From Basidiobolus ranarum (Eukaryota): DNA of 64,000 nt. The notes beneath the pieces are model-generated. The model worked only from the letters and a program-made list of their open reading frames with translations. It was not told the DNA's origin and searched no databases. How positions within the stretch are numbered: the stretch's first letter is position 1; every line of letters starts with the position of its first letter. The stretch covers positions 1 to 64,000 of the forward strand of contig JASJQH010000002.1 of the NCBI GenBank assembly GCA_040143965.1, given 5' to 3'. Positions 63,108 through 64,000 of the stretch are shown here, piece by piece. Made by a program: the position numbers and the translations under genes.

Positions 63108-64000
63108 TTACTCTTTATCCATTTCTATAGTTGCGGTGCCTCCCAAATCCGTTGATAAGGCAGAGGCCACAGCTTCAAGTTCTTCTAAAATTCTATCATT
63201 CTCTGTGGTATCCTCTTCTTCGTCTTCTGGTAGGGTAGACGCTGTGGCAATAAGTTCCTCTACATTTGTTATTTCCGCCATTTTTTCCTCGACTGGTTTA
63301 GGGATAATCTCTTTGGGGATTTCGTAAGTTGAACTTACGTCTTCACTGACCACGGTGATTCCCTCAGGTCGTTGAGTGTACACCTCAATGGTTGGGTACT
63401 CAATGATGGTTTTGTGAAAGAGAGAATCTTGAAGGGGTTTATCTAACGAGAGTTCCCAGTATTCTTTACGAGTAGCCTAGAATTTTACAACAAATGGGTC
63501 AACGATTCATATCACAATATGAAATATTCAGAGATAAAAATACTTACTGGAAGGAATGGAACTCTCATCAAAAGGATCAAAGAATCTAAAGGAGCACTGG
63601 CGTAGGTAGTCAATTTCGTGAGATTCAAAAGATTATCAGGTCGATTCTCAAGATGGTTCGTTAATAATTCCCGAAGTGTTTTATTCTCGGGTGCACGAGA
63701 ATCCGTTAAAGTCAAGTTACACTCGTTGAAAACCCAATCAACAGTCCAATGAATCTGTTTGAGTTTTGTGTGCCAAATACTCTTGTTACACGTACGACGC
63801 TTCATGCCTTGAGACATTCTCGATAGTCTCACACCATGTCGTTTCGCGTTGCTAGCCAAAAGATTATTCCGATGGGCACCACGACGTGCCTCAGAGTTTA
63901 ACGATAAATTCTCTCTAGCTGCGTTATCGGTTGTTCTCGAAGTTTCTTCTAAGAATACATAGTCTACCGTTGAAAAAGATTTCTTAGTATTGAATTGACA
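63108..64000 (-). CDS. BCD1: Box C/D snoRNP assembly factor Bcd1 (3' part; runs off window)
   Basis: DYVFLEETSR, GMKRRTCNKS..IHWTVDWVF, LFHKTIIEYPTIEV. Confidence 0.82.

Overview
Gene-dense, AT-rich, intron-rich eukaryotic DNA from an early-diverging (non-Dikarya) fungus. The evidence for this is fungal-type Snx41, Mss4, Vma21 and Mca1 together with features usually missing from Dikarya: a fused LKR/SDH, a MATH-BTB protein, a sphingomyelin-synthase-like protein and two AT-AC U12-type introns. Most of the window (about 4.9-64 kb) is housekeeping genes: MCR1, OXA1, AASS, PHO13, a nucleotide-sugar transporter, GMF (missed by the ORF track), a Zn-ADH, SMS-like, MCA1, a CobD/HisC-like aminotransferase, prefoldin 4, CYT1, PPIL1, HDDC2, RIC1, a 7TM-RGS protein, SPT5, MSS4, VMA21, MCU, MATH-BTB, GPI11, SNX41, a CNPPD1-like cyclin and BCD1. 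The stand-out system is at 1-3343: a tandem array of at least four genes (one cut by the window edge, two complete, one pseudogene) encoding secreted precursors that Kex2 would cut. Each carries two copies of the 14-mer DLHDLCGRWFCGHT between KR sites. The peptide has a C-x4-C disulfide ring and an N-terminal Asp-Leu-His (ATCUN-type Cu/Ni) motif exposed only after cleavage, it is conserved at amino-acid level despite many synonymous changes, and the genes share a repeated composite promoter element. Other notable items are an MCU with an altered selectivity filter (WGVMEP), a 77-aa protein with a PKI-type RRNAI pseudosubstrate, and two AT-AC minor-spliceosome introns. Exon boundaries were read by eye and product names come from motif recognition, not database searches.
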